Of a stretch of 46,143 nucleotides of DNA, positions 22,460 through 44,564 are shown piece by piece. Under the pieces are notes generated by a model. That model had not been told where the DNA came from and searched no databases. It saw nothing but the letters and a program-made list of their open reading frames with translations. Numbering within the stretch: the stretch's first letter is position 1; the number at the start of each line of letters is the position of its first letter. Location of the stretch: contig JAHBMJ010000518.1 of NCBI GenBank assembly GCA_018398765.1, positions 1 through 46,143 on the forward strand, read 5' to 3'. The position numbers and the translations under genes were made by a program. Source of the stretch: Chromera velia. Lineage: Eukaryota.

Positions 22460-25400
22460 TTTTGTCTGTCTGTCTGCCTCCTCTCCCTCTCCCCCTCTCC
22501 CACCTGATTTCTTTCGGGTGAATTGTGGGGGCGTGCTGCAAATGAAAGAACTCGACCGAGAGGTGCTGATCGTGCTTGTATTTGTGTTCGCGTGTGTGTG
22601 TTTGCCACCCGCCTGAGCTGCAGTCCAAACAAACAAACAAAAGCTTGTGGCGGACAGAACGGTTCAGACAAGAGCTCATGGCGTCAAGTTAGCAGGAGGA
22701 CAGACTGGTTGCTTGCGTGAAAACACATCAAATAATTTGTTTGAAGTCAATAGACTGCCCAAAGTGATCGATCGATCTTTTCTTTTGTCCTTCTTTATTT
22801 CTTTCCTTCTTGCAGGTCTGTTCGGTGTTGACGTTCTCTCTTGGGCCCTTCCTGCGTTTGAGGACATGAGAGACCCTGCAGTGGACAGACTGCTCATGTC
22901 TCAGCTGTACCCGTGGAACTTCCTGGAGGATCTGCCTCAGTTGATTCTGCAGGTGCGTCTCTCTGTCTGTCTGTGCGTCTCTCTGTCTGTTTCTTCATGC
23001 ACATATTGTTTTTGTTTTTGTATGCTGGCATTGACATGCAGATGTGTGCATGCGGTATATCTTGTGTTCATCAACGGTTCAGATTTATTGATAGTAAGGA
23101 AGTCATTGTACACACCTATGCAACACTGCAAGACTGCGTCCGTGTGTTAATTGTTTTGGGTCGTTCATATCTCCCTCTGATCGCATATCTGCATTGCAGG
23201 CAGGGTTCTACGTTCTCTCGGGACAACAGGTCTCCCTTGCCACCCTTCTTGCGATGCTCTCCACTCTGGTCTCCATCTCCGTCTCCTTGATTCAACTTTG
23301 CCTCCTTCAGACAGGAAGCCAGGTCAGTGTCCTCCATCTCCTTCTCCTTGATCCAACTTTGCCTCCTTCAGACAGGAAGCCAGGTCAGTCAGTCAGGAAG
23401 AGGAGTCGTGTTGCAGTGAGGAAAGTTGGACGACAAATGCTGTCTGCACATGAAATGCATGACCATGTCATCCCACTCTTTCCATCCGCTCTTCCATTTG
23501 CGAACTGACATCAGAGTAGATGGCCCAGCTTCAAAGAGATAGCTCACAAGATTTGTGTATAGGTCCCTGTTCACACTGTATGTGGGTGATTGCGTGCGTC
23601 ATTTGGTGAACGCGGGGTTTGTTGCAGATTCCACGAACGACTCATTTGATTTCGTTTCATTTGGACTGCACCAGCGCATGACTTCTTTTTTGTTTTGCTT
23701 GACTCTTTCCGGTCTCAAGTAGAAAGAAAGATCCATCCATCCATCCATTCATTCATCCATCCATCCAGACAGACAGACAGACAGACAAAAAGCTTCTCTC
23801 TGAGACTGTTTTCTCTCGTCTTTCCTTCATGTTTTTGCATATGCATTGATTTGGGCATACAACCGTTTCTACACCTGGAGGATTGAGTGAGTGACTGTGT
23901 GTTTATGTGCAGATCATCCGCCAGAAGACGTTGGCGGCGACCGGCACCAGGACAAAGGCCCTAGGGGACGCAACAGCCACAGGAGGGGGAGAGAAGGAAG
24001 AGACGGGGGGCGAAGGAGTAGGAGACCCCGAGCGAGACCTCACGGGGGCCACAGGCACCAACGCCGCTGCCGTCAACTTACAGGAGAGCAGAGGAAGAAG
24101 ATCGAAATCTTCTTTGGAATTCAATAAAAGGTCCAGGCTCAGCGGAGAGTCCTGGAAGAATGCAAAGGTTTGTATATAAACATGTATGTATGTATGTGAC
24201 TATATTTGTGTGCGAATTACGTACGACACACTGGCATCGGTGTACGTGTTTGTGAAGAAGACGAAGATTACAATGAGAGAGTAAGCGCTGATCGCTTATT
24301 CCGAGATTGGAGGCGCGCAGACCCAGCAGGGTCCCTCGCCTCTGGGTGGGTAGACCGCATGCTCCATACATGTTTTTTTTCCCATGCACGCACGTATGTT
24401 TCCTTTCTTCTTGGCACATACGATTGCTGAGAAGACATCGTGATCGCACGGAAATGACCCTGATGAATCAATCAATGAATCGCGCCTCTGCATGTGCACG
24501 TGCACGTGCATTTTTGACACGGTGTTGCATTCTTCCGCACACACACTTACGCATAGAAATACATGTACATGTGTAAATGCGGAATAACACACAAACAAAT
24601 CACATGCATGCAGGTCGAGGAAGACGGCGGAGAGAAGGGCGACGGATTCATTTCGTTCCCCACAGTGGTCACTCGGCGTGTGTACTCAGACGACTCTCTT
24701 CTCGTCTCCGCGCCGCAGCGACAAAGTCAGCTGCAGCAGGCGGAGGCTGAGGCTGCTGAGGGCGTGACGGGCAGACGGCGTGAGAGCAGCAGAAGCAGGC
24801 CGAGGGCAGAGACGACCACCAATACTGTGGCAAGACGGCGGCGAGAAGGGCGGGGGGGGGAAGGGGATCTTCAAGAGGGTTGGGGGGGATTTCACGTTTA
24901 TGGAGTAGGGGACAGGGAGAGGGGGAGATCGCAGCACAGAGACAGAGAAGGAGACCGACGTGCGCGCTCTTCACTTCCTCTGGGTAGCAGAGCAACCCGA
25001 GGAGACCGCGATTTCCCCCCCCCGCAGAGAAATTTCAGTGGAAGAACGGTGGAAGCTACTGCGTTCAAACCGAGGAAGGAAAAGGAAAATGAGAAGGAGA
25101 CGGAAGGAGGAGTGAGACGCGAAAGAGCAGAAAGCAGGGGAAGAGGTAGAGATAGAGAAAGAGACAAGGAAGGAGAAGGGGAAAGATTAGAGAGCAGGGG
25201 AAGAGGGCGAGACAGGGAAAGAGACAGAGAAAAGGAAGGAGAAGGACAGAGGGACGCAACATCCTCAAAAAAGAAACCTTCAAGGCCCGTCAAGCATCTT
25301 TCCTCCCGAGTTTTGGATGCTGCAGTTGAATCTGTGTTGGATGGATTTGGACATCCTCAACCAGGAGACGGCAGGGAGAGGGAGACGCACGAGAAGAAGA

Positions 25401-25906
25401 AGAACAGGGGAGGGAGAGAGGAAAGGGGCAGCAGGGAGAGGCGCTCTTCTCGATCACGGAGAGAATCAGAAAGCACAAATTTGAACATCAATCAGAGGGA
25501 ATCAGAAAGAGTCAACAGCCGCAGAGCAGAAAAGGAAAAAGAAAGAGACGCGACTGCTGTTGCCGACCCCGACCCGTCTTCGGCTGCCCTTCCCCTCCCC
25601 CCCCCCAGCCGCTCTCGTCCTTCCGGCCTTTCAACCGGAACGGTGACTGACACAGGCAGGCGACAGAGGGAGCCCTCAAGGTCGGTTTCTGAAGGCTGGA
25701 GAAGAGCCGCTTTGGAAGCTGAGGATGCCCAGGCTGGAACGTTAAATGGATGTCCGAGGCCGCCTGCAGGTTGTTCTGACAGAGAAGCACAAACTCTCGG
25801 AGAGGGCCTACCAGGGGCATGTCGTGGCCCCCGTGCGGTCACGTCCCCATCCCAGAAGAATCGCACCCAGGGCCTGCAGAGCGCTGTTGGAGAGCGAATC
25901 ATATAG
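19048..25906 (+). CDS. ~1209 aa membrane protein: signal peptide, 2 PAN/Apple-like domains, Kazal domain, ~6 TM XK-related-like region, long R/E-rich tail; exons 19048-19156, 19287-19379, 19823-21192, 21675-21802, 22203-22324, 22816-22952, 23200-23322, 23913-24167, 24614-25906
   Basis: Phase-consistent splicing gives 3630 nt. PAN-type CxxxC....C..Y.F.....C.L motifs (CASLCVEAKECDVYSFDSGGGRCHL; CRLACQ...CVYWRFD...CTL). Kazal CRRLCEAEPVPVCGTDGETYINAC...YLGEC. TM motifs IFDVTTD and FLEDLPQLILQ resemble XK-family D..tD and E..PQl.lQ. Confidence 0.85.
20320..20427 (+). repeat. In-frame 36-bp tandem repeat x3 (GPVS[V/I]SSFNEEE)
   Basis: GGTCCCGTCTCC(G/A)TCTCCTCCTTTAATGAGGAAGAA three times with one mismatch. 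Confidence 0.95.
23271..23389 (+). repeat. Tandem duplication (~58 bp, period 61) of an exon end plus its 5' splice site
   Basis: CTCCATCTCC.TCTCCTTGAT.CAACTTTGCCTCCTTCAGACAGGAAGCCAG|GTCAGT occurs twice (donors at 23323 and 23384). Confidence 0.9.
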
Positions 25907-26840
25907 AACTTGCTGTAGAAGTTACATAAAGTCACATGCGTTGCTGCGCAAAGAGAAAAGGTTTATGCATCCATTCTGTGAAGTTCATGGCAAGAATAAA
26001 GCATCGATTGTAGACAGAGTGAACATTGGGTGGGTCCTAGAGTAGGTCAAACAGCTAGTCAAACAGTGACTGACTTATATTCTAGGTAATTTTATATACA
26101 TAGAACTAGTCATACAAAATATGAATAAGGCTATCTCAGAACAAATCCTAGGATAACTCAACTGATAGTTTATATAGTACTTACTTTACTTAATTGTAGT
26201 TAAGCCTAAGGTCTCCGAAACTAGAGACAAATGGCAACCTATGCATGCAGTTGTAAACAAAAGGAGCAAGCCGCCGCAGCTTAGCCTGCTTCCGCATGAG
26301 CATGAACAACCACGACCCTCCACAGCCTAGACTGAAGCTAAAGGCTAAATGACCGCATAAGATGCGCATGCACTCATTTCAATTTCAAACAAGCTTCGAT
26401 TAATACACTTGCCTTCTTCGGCTCCTGGGTAAATTAGTGACTTAATAAATGTAAAATGTTCTGCATGTAGTGGACTTCCTAGTGAACTTCTTTTTTTATT
26501 GATTGATTCAATTTGATTGATTGATTCCTAAAATGTTTGAATTCATTCATTCATTCATTTATTGATTCATTCATTCATTCATACATATGCTATAGGAAAC
26601 TGCTGCTAAAAATTGTTGAGAACCTATGAAGCTCAACATGAAATTCAACCTCAAATCCGGTCAAATCTGACCTTAACCTCAAATCAAATCAAATCCTATC
26701 AAATCAAACCTGGTCACTATATACATATATAATTAGCTTACATGGTTGCTTATTATCTCTAGTCAGATCTCGAAGTTGACTCAGAACCTAGTCAGAACAG
26801 TGAGTGAGTGGTTGGGTGTCATTTGATCTAGCATTTGATT

Positions 26841-29731
<2,891 letters not shown>

Positions 29732-30521
29732 GCTTTTTCCTCAGGCTCCTTCTGCTCAGAAAATTGCGACAGTGATGGCACGCACCAAACATGCGTGCAT
29801 ACAGAACTGTGCAGATTCACACCGCAGAATCATCGCAGATCGAAATTTCAGTCCGCATCCCATAATTTTCCCGGATGTCCCTACATATGTATTTCCACAG
29901 AGATACATATTGGTTCTACGGCAACGGCACCTGTAAGGACTACGTATGCACTGACATATACGTGTATGGGAAAGGCTTCAAGCGTGACGCACTTAAGAAT
30001 TCGGAGTCTGACACTCGACTGACTCAACCACTATTCATATATATAAGTTCCGCAAACTTCGGTGCAAAGGTCAGTCGATTCTAACATTCATTTGCATGGA
30101 CGGCAACTTATAGTCACTGTGACAAAAAAGAAGAGCTAGCCTGTCTGGCCGGAGACCGCGCGCGCATTCTGAAGCTGCATGCATGTCGACCCATGTTCTG
30201 TCTCATCTGTTGAATTCTGTTCTAAATTTCTGAATCTGAAACTGCGTGATTCTTGCCTGCATACATACATACTTGCAGCTGTCTACAGGAGGGACATCCT
30301 CGGCCGTGCATCTTTTTGTCAACTGAGTGAGACTTTTTTTCCAAACCAAACGCAGGAGGTGTTCGTCTAATCTTCATATCCTTCCTCTCCATCGTGCCGA
30401 GGGAGAGAGGGGACTCTTGGTCGCACTTCCGCTTTTTTTGTGGAAAGGTGAAGTACCCTTCAGTGCCCCAGCATTGCGGCTGTGGGTGTTCTTTCTCAGT
30501 TCTGATTGTGCGTTGTCCGAA

Positions 30522-37372
<6,851 letters not shown>

Positions 37373-37858
37373 GCCCCCTCTGAGATGTGAGAGTGAGTGC
37401 GAGTGAGTGGAACAGGTGGGAGGAAGTTTCAGCGTGCAGGCTGCCTGTTTGAGGTGAGAAAGAGGTCGGGAGGAAAGAAAAGGCTTTTGAATGAGCAAAT
37501 GGGGAATGCATGGGGTCGGGTGGGGTGGGGTGGTGACTGAGGGGGGAGAATGAGAAAGGAGGTAGAGAGGAGGACACAAACAACAACTTTAAGGATATGA
37601 AGTAAATTTTGGGAAAGGGAGACTTATATTCAGATGCAAAAAGAAAACGTTGGAGGGCGAAAGAAGGCGCCGGTGAGCAGAGAAGAAAGCAGAGCGATGC
37701 GTTGCGACAGGAAGTCCATTCGGTTATTCCCGACCTTCGCGCCAGCCCCCCTCACTGAGTAGCTTCTTGTGAGTGATTCGTCTTTCGCCTCTGTACTTCC
37801 GCCGTCTTTCTCCGTTGAATCTTTATTCAGATGTCTCTTCCTTTGTCCATCGCACTGG

Positions 37859-38119
37859 NNNNNNNNNNNNNNNNNNNNNNNNNNNNNNNNNNNNNNNNNN
37901 NNNNNNNNNNNNNNNNNNNNNNNNNNNNNNNNNNNNNNNNNNNNNNNNNNNNNNNNNNNNNNNNNNNNNNNNNNNNNNNNNNNNNNNNNNNNNNNNNNNN
38001 NNNNNNNNNNNNNNNNNNNNNNNNNNNNNNNNNNNNNNNNNNNNNNNNNNNNNNNNNNNNNNNNNNNNNNNNNNNNNNNNNNNNNNNNNNNNNNNNNNNN
38101 NNNNNNNNNNNNNNNNNNN
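37859..38119. other. Assembly gap (N run)
   Basis: 261 Ns followed by a poly-G tract. Confidence 1.
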
Positions 38120-38558
38120 GGGGGGGGGGGGGGAGCAAAAGGAAACAAAAAGACCAGACGCCCTGTCTCTGTGTCCGCTGTCTTCCTTCCTGCGTTCGTT
38201 GCTGGCAATTCAGCATCACATGAATTGTCCTGCTTCAACAAAAGCGGTGTTTTATCACACTCTTCTCATTAATGTCCTCACCAGCACGCGCGGCTGACAT
38301 AACATCGTAACGATTTGTTTGTGAACATCTGCTTGGCTCCTAGCTTGGCTCTATATGCTTTGATCTGCAGAAGGCATGCACAGCCTAATATTTTTACGTA
38401 TAAATCTATCTGACCATTTGACCATCTGACCTGAAACATTGCATTCTTCTGTAGACGAGAACTCTTGTCATACCTCATACGCGTTCTGGCCCCACCTATT
38501 GGTTGAGTTCTGTTGCTTACAACTTCAACTATCTTTCAGACCTCCGTCTCCTCCAACA

Positions 38559-41072
38559 ATGGCAGTAGACTTGTCCAATGGGTTGCCTGACCGCATGCGA
38601 GCTGACATGAAGTCTCTGTTTATCGAAGTTTGCGACGAGCGCCTCGGCCCTCTTGAAGGGAGGGTGTCTGAAGTCGAAAAAAAGATGGAGACGGCGATTG
38701 CTCAACTGTCGTCGACTGTCGTCTGACTCGTCTCAGAAAGATGAGAACATCTCTCTTCGGAAAGACCTTGATTCTTTGAAGTCCTCTTTCAATCGTGTTG
38801 TGTTCCGCCGCACTGAGTGGTTGCCCCGGCATGTACACTGTGGTACGCACAGGCACCCTGTGGTCCAGGGGCCCTGGCGAAAGCAAATTGTCCGACGGAT
38901 CAATTATTCACTCCAATTCCCTTCAGTGGCAGATCGCAACGTTTGTGTTCTATTGAGCTCTAAGACTCTAAGACTTGCTTGACAGTCCTTGGACTCTTTA
39001 ACGGCCGACTCATCTCATGTTATTCACGCTAGCCATATTCTACTGTACACTTCATGGTAGCAGAGGACATTTTCAGGTCATTCCAACGTCATACAGAGAA
39101 CAATATGGACGGCGCCAATCCTACACAACTTGCCAATGCGTTTGTTTCCGGTACAGAGAAATACACCAAAATCCATAACTTCCTTCTCACCCTTGACTCT
39201 GCCTCCCGCCGCAGCCTCCCTACCATTGAAGACGAGCTCTGCACCTTCTTTGACAGTGACCCCGCTGTCATCTTTGATGCTAACCTGGGGGCGCTCATGC
39301 ACTTACCCCTGACTGCCTCAAACTTCATCTAACAGAGCTTGTCCAAACCGTTGAACTCAAGTCTAACGGTGTTGAGCGACTATATCGTGAGGAGGAGATG
39401 GTTTCTGTTTAGACAAGAGAAGGAGACAAGAGAGATCAAAAAAAGTACTACCACCAACTCCAAGCGGTCACCGCCCTTCATCCCTTTTCCCACCAAGGAG
39501 GCTTTTTAGCATGTTTCTTCCTTCTCCGCGCGATCCCTTTCAAACTGCAGGAACCTGTCACGACCACAGCAACCTTTTTCCGGTGGAAGGGAAAGAGGGG
39601 CATTAAAATGACCTACCTCCATCATGCAAATAAGCTTGGACGGAACATTTCCCCATTGATGGATCATCAACACCTTTCTCCGTCTCCGTCTCCTCCCAAC
39701 CACTCTGTTCAGTCATCCTCCAATGAACCCAATCAATTGACCCAACATTAGGCTGCTACAGCAGCAGCCGGATAGAACTCTGTGCCTCTTCCTGAAGGCC
39801 CCCCTTACCATCGCTACAAAAACCCCACCCATCCCACTTTCCGATGCCTTTTCCAGTTTTTTTGCCAGACCTGCTCACAGAAGGGACACAAGACCGGACA
39901 CTGCCGGAAGAGCTTACAAGAGAAGCTCAAGCTCTACTTTAGCCGTACGCCTCCCCCAGCAAAGCGATCAAAAGCCTTAAAGAGGAGGCACAACACTTCT
40001 TCCTCCGTTTCCTCTGTGCGATCTGTATCTGACTCCAACTCTAGCTCAGACTAGGGCTCAGAGTCTGCACCCACAGCAACAGCGGTCGCGCACTTCTACA
40101 AGTCTTAAATAAGTGTAGCTAGGAATCTGTCCTCCACCTTTGTCATTGTGTCTTCTTCCCTACCCTGACCTACATGCATTGTCTCTTTTGTTATGTACTG
40201 ACACAGAAATCCTCTGGCAGTCACCCGAGGTGTCAGCATGAAAAGAGTTTCATCCTTACATATCCCTACTCCATGTCCTGATAAAAAATCGTTTGATAGA
40301 GAGACAAAGGAGGAATGAAAACATATGCAAGAGGGTCCTCCTGGGTTTTGACCTAAACTATGGTTGCAAACCGGCCTCACGTCATACTTATGACCAGGTT
40401 TTTTTCATTAACCGCTCCTCTTTGTTCTGGCAGGTGCTGACAAAGATTGGCAACGCCATGATGGGAAAGTTTGTATCTCTTAACCCTTTCTTTGGTATTT
40501 GCTCTTTTCGCTCCTTTCCCGGTGGCTGCGAGATCGGTTTCATCGACAAAAGATATGCAGAGAACTTTTCTTCCATTTTCCAGCTAAACGGGTTCCACTT
40601 CAACTTGGTGGATGATAACTTTTCAGTTTCCTTCACCGTCAGAAGGGCTAAAACTCACACTCAGCTGACGGAAGCCAGAGAACGCCGCCTTCAGACGATT
40701 GCACAACCTCCCTTTCAACCTTTTAACCAAGCCGCCGAGGCAGATCTACCCGCTTAGTCTTCTGTTCCTCCCTTATAAGGTCCCGCCCCCCTTGGAGCGT
40801 CATCATCGCTCCCTGCACCAAAATCTGACTGTATTATGCCACCTTTGAAGAGCAGCAGCACCGTAAACCCGCCTTCAGCCCCCAAGGCCACCAAACCTAC
40901 AGCAGTCCGACTGAGGGATAGGGACCAACCAAGTCCTCCAATCCCTTGCTCCGCGGCTGCCACTGAATCTTCAAAATCAGTAGTTCTAGCGGCTGGAAGT
41001 GTGATGATACACCATCGGTTGCGGAGCCTCCTGGGGGGAAGCGAGAGGCCAATGTACCACAAACCGCCTTAA
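38559..41072 (+). mobile_element. Heavily decayed retroelement gag/ORF1-like region (coiled-coil start, gag-like core, tandem CCHC knuckles, then a second ORF1-like segment); no pol seen
   Basis: Intronless fragments broken by stops and frameshifts. Intact CX2CX4HX4C knuckle CQTCSQKGHKTGHC (39863-39904) is preceded by YHRYKNPTHPTFRC, which has the same spacing with Cys->Tyr. Boundaries approximate. Confidence 0.6.
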
Positions 41073-41791
41073 GGAGCGATCTGACAAGTTCAAACCAGAC
41101 AGGGGGAAGAAAGGGTGGAGGTAAGAAGCAGTAACGTAAAAAAGAAACACAAAGGACCTGATGTCGGAGGGAAAAGGGAGGAAGAGTCTGAATGGGGACA
41201 GGAGGGGCAGACAGGAGAAGAAAGTTGGAAACTCTCTTGTCTTGTCATTTTCTTTCCTGTAGATTTCTATCGATCTTCAGTCAGGGGGGCTCGGGTTTCA
41301 GGTCTGAGGTTAAACTTCGGACAGCAAGTTTATTAGTTCTTGAAACAAATAAAAGTCAGGTATTGGTTGGAGGGAGGGCTTTGGATAGAGGGGGCGCGTC
41401 TTCTTTTGTTCTTATCCGGCCTTCCATAGGTTCCAAACAAATAGTGCCGTCGGACGTCCTGCTCTTGTAGGGGAGAAGGCATATGGGAGGGTTGGTTTGT
41501 TGTGTGTTATGCAAGTTTCATCTTTTCCAAGGACTGGGTACCTCCGTCTGGCGTGCGTGCTTAAGACTAAAGCAAAGGGGCCGCCTAGTCTTGCAAGCCT
41601 TCAAATGCTCCACGGAACCTAGGTTGAGTGAGCGTTTTGCATGACATGGGGTTGTCCTCAAAGCCTTGTTAGTGGCTTGGGGTCTGGCATCACTGGATCT
41701 AAGATTTAACCCTCAATCATTACAACATGATCCATGATTATTGTATACAACTTTATGAATCTATAGTGCAGTGTTGAACTTAACAAAACTA

Positions 41792-42045
41792 GGGCGACCT
41801 CTGAAAGACAAAATTGCGACAGTGTTCTAAGAATCTAGGGCATCAATAAATCATTTGCCACTCATTTACTTACTTAATTACCACTTACAAAGCTTTAGAC
41901 TAGGCTTTAGATATATACTATAAGCTGTTGAGACTGTTCTAGTAGTTGTTGTATATTGTTGTATGCGGGGGCAACCTCTATAAGACAAAACGGCGACAGT
42001 GCTCTAAGGCACCACTAAATCACTTATCACTTTAATACCACTTAC
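41792..42045 (+). repeat. Two further copies of repeat family A (41792-~41887, 41969-~42045) with CACTT/TACT-like tails
   Basis: GGGC(G/A)ACCTCT..AAGACAAAA..GCGACAGTG.TCTA.GGCA.C..TAAATCA, matching 1128-1207. Confidence 0.75.
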
Positions 42046-42171
42046 GATACCGAGATTTTTATATTTGAAAAAACTGTGAAATGAAATCCAAAAACTTTTT
42101 TTTTTTTAAATGCCCCTAAGCTATTGTTCTATAGCTTTTGGAACAGCTCTTAGAGATATAGCTTATGACTT

Positions 42172-42221
42172 GACATAGCGGGAAGGCTTAGCGCGGAACC
42201 AATCAATCAATCAAAATCAAT
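42172..42221 (+). repeat. Repeat family B, copy 3
   Basis: GACATAGCGGGAAGGCTTAGCGCGGAACC(AATC)n. Confidence 0.75.
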
Positions 42222-42681
42222 TAAAAGTCTATATATTCATTAAAGAACATTATTACATGATTCATGCACATCATGACGGTCGTAGTGACCGTCACGGTTG
42301 TCATCCAACTAGTCATCCAATCAATGGTCTTATTGTTTTCCTTTCCATGTGCATTATCACGGCAAAATCTGTCACGTCAAAGATTAGAAAGCTATAAAAG
42401 AGCATCACAATGCCCCACCACCCGCACCTCCGGCCTACGGCTTCCCCTAGAGCTTCCCTGCTGGCTGACAAATGAAAAGGCATGAAAAAAAAAGGAAAGA
42501 AGAGAGAGATGCAGAAAAAACGGCCGAAGCACCTGTGGCTCAGGCTTCACTCTTTGACGGTGTCCTTTTGGGACTATCCGTCGAGTGGTGTACTCCGTCA
42601 TCGTTTCTCCTTCAACTTTAATTATCTGGTCGGTCTGCTTTCGCCAAGGTGAACTGAGGGGTCGCCTCTTGCCCGCTCCGG

Positions 42682-44508
42682 TCAAGGTCCACCAGACGTC
42701 GGCACCACTCCGTATTGTGGCCCCCCACCAGGCACCGCTGCGTACCTGACCATCGTCGCCATCTCTGTCTGCTCTCGTTCACAGGGCGCACAGCCATCCC
42801 CCTCGTCCGCACACAGACCGTGGTTCAGTTCGTCCCCCGACTCAGGAAAGTCGTAGGCCCATCGCTCGAACCTGAACGAGCGAGTACGTCAGCAATTAAT
42901 TTTGTGCAGAGGGGAACAGAACAACGAGGCAGCTAGTACGTGTTCGTTTGGGGGGACCACCCGGTAGTTTTTCAGGCAGAGGTTTCGACCGAACTATCCG
43001 CTCACGTATGCGTGCGAACACGTAATTGCAAACCCAGAACGAGATTTCTCACAGTCACGCAACAGACGATCATGCTGACAGGACGATCCCGAAAGCGTAA
43101 CAAACAATCACATTGCTCGACAGAACTCAAACACCGAACAATGGAAAAAGGATTTGATTATTCACAGCTGGCTAACTCACCAGAATGCCCAAAGACAAGC
43201 AGACAGCATAGCCCCGAAGGACGACAGCTGCAGGAGAACCGAGAACGCCGCCACCCCGCCCCCTGTCAGAGTACTCGAGCAGGCGATCCACACGAAGATT
43301 AGAACAGAAGCGGACCAGTACAGCCCTCCGATCACCCAAGCAACTGCAGGGCAGGTCTCATCCTGCATGCCATGCCATGTATCCATGCAAACATAAACCC
43401 TCTGTGCTGATTAGGATCGACCATTCATGTGTCTATCTTCATCGGGGAAAAAAGAAGCCGGGAAACACCGAAGCTTCAGTCAACCGCAGCACTGTCGACC
43501 AAGTCTTCTCGTACATCATGTGCTTGCCGGTACCTTTGGATCAATAGCTTCATTCATATGCGTACACACACACACGCACACACACACACACACACACAGA
43601 GGCAGGTATGCACTCACACAGGCACACTCATGCATGATTGCTTATAACCCCCACGCACAGAAGAATCGGTTGAACCCGTTCCACGCACGCACTTTGTCCC
43701 TCGCTCCGTCCGGCTCGTCGTGATAAAGAACATGCATATCAATCAGCTGACTCCTACCTCTCACTCACTGAATGAAGCACCCATTCATTCACGCATCCGC
43801 AGATTACTCCTCCGCAAGTTGACCGTCACTTGAATACGTTCAAGGAAGGAAGGAAAGCATGAGGCGTGTATAAATGTGGGGAGCGGGGGAGACTCTCTCT
43901 TTGATTGCGTGCTGACAGACACACCTCGTGAAAATGTTCCAAGAGGAAAAAAGAGATGCCGTACAAAAGGAACGCGACCATCCGACAGGCCATCAGCAGA
44001 CGGTTGATGAGGAAAAGCATGAACGGACCTGCAGGCAGGCAGACAGGCACAACAATAAAGGCACGCAGTTTCTTTCTTTCTACCGACAGATGATGATTGG
44101 TTTGAGATTTTCACGTATAACCAGTGGACAAAATGACAGCCGACACAGAAGTAGGAATATATGGGTCCGTCTGTCTGTCTGCCTGTCTGTCTGTCTGTGT
44201 GTCTGTCTGTCTGTCTGTGTGTTTGTCTGCCTGTGTGTCTTGTCTGTATGTATGTGTGTCTGTCTGCCTGTCTGTCTGTCTGCCTGTGTGTCTTGTCTGT
44301 ATGTGTGAGCCGACTTGGCTCGCAGGCTGCATGCCCGGCTGGGTGGGTGGAGCCGAAGAAGGGGAGGATTCCCACAGTGGCTCTTTAGAGACTGATGATA
44401 TAGACGCTGCTTCACCCACACCCATGCAACACAAATGAATGGAATTGAATGTACCTACAGCTCCCGGTATGAAATACATACATACAAATCGAGAGAGAGA
44501 GGGGGGGG

Positions 44509-44564
<56 letters not shown>

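Noticed and set aside
37630..38297. ORFs spanning the N run
   Set aside because: Artefacts of the assembly gap.
41792..42045. Possible hammerhead/HDV ribozyme in repeat family A
   Set aside because: No CTGANGA...GAAA core or HDV nested pseudoknot could be traced by eye; only a simple hairpin.
44312..44410. Possible extra exon in the GAPM-like gene
   Set aside because: It breaks phase. Direct splicing 44624->44028 keeps the frame and the expected motif spacing.
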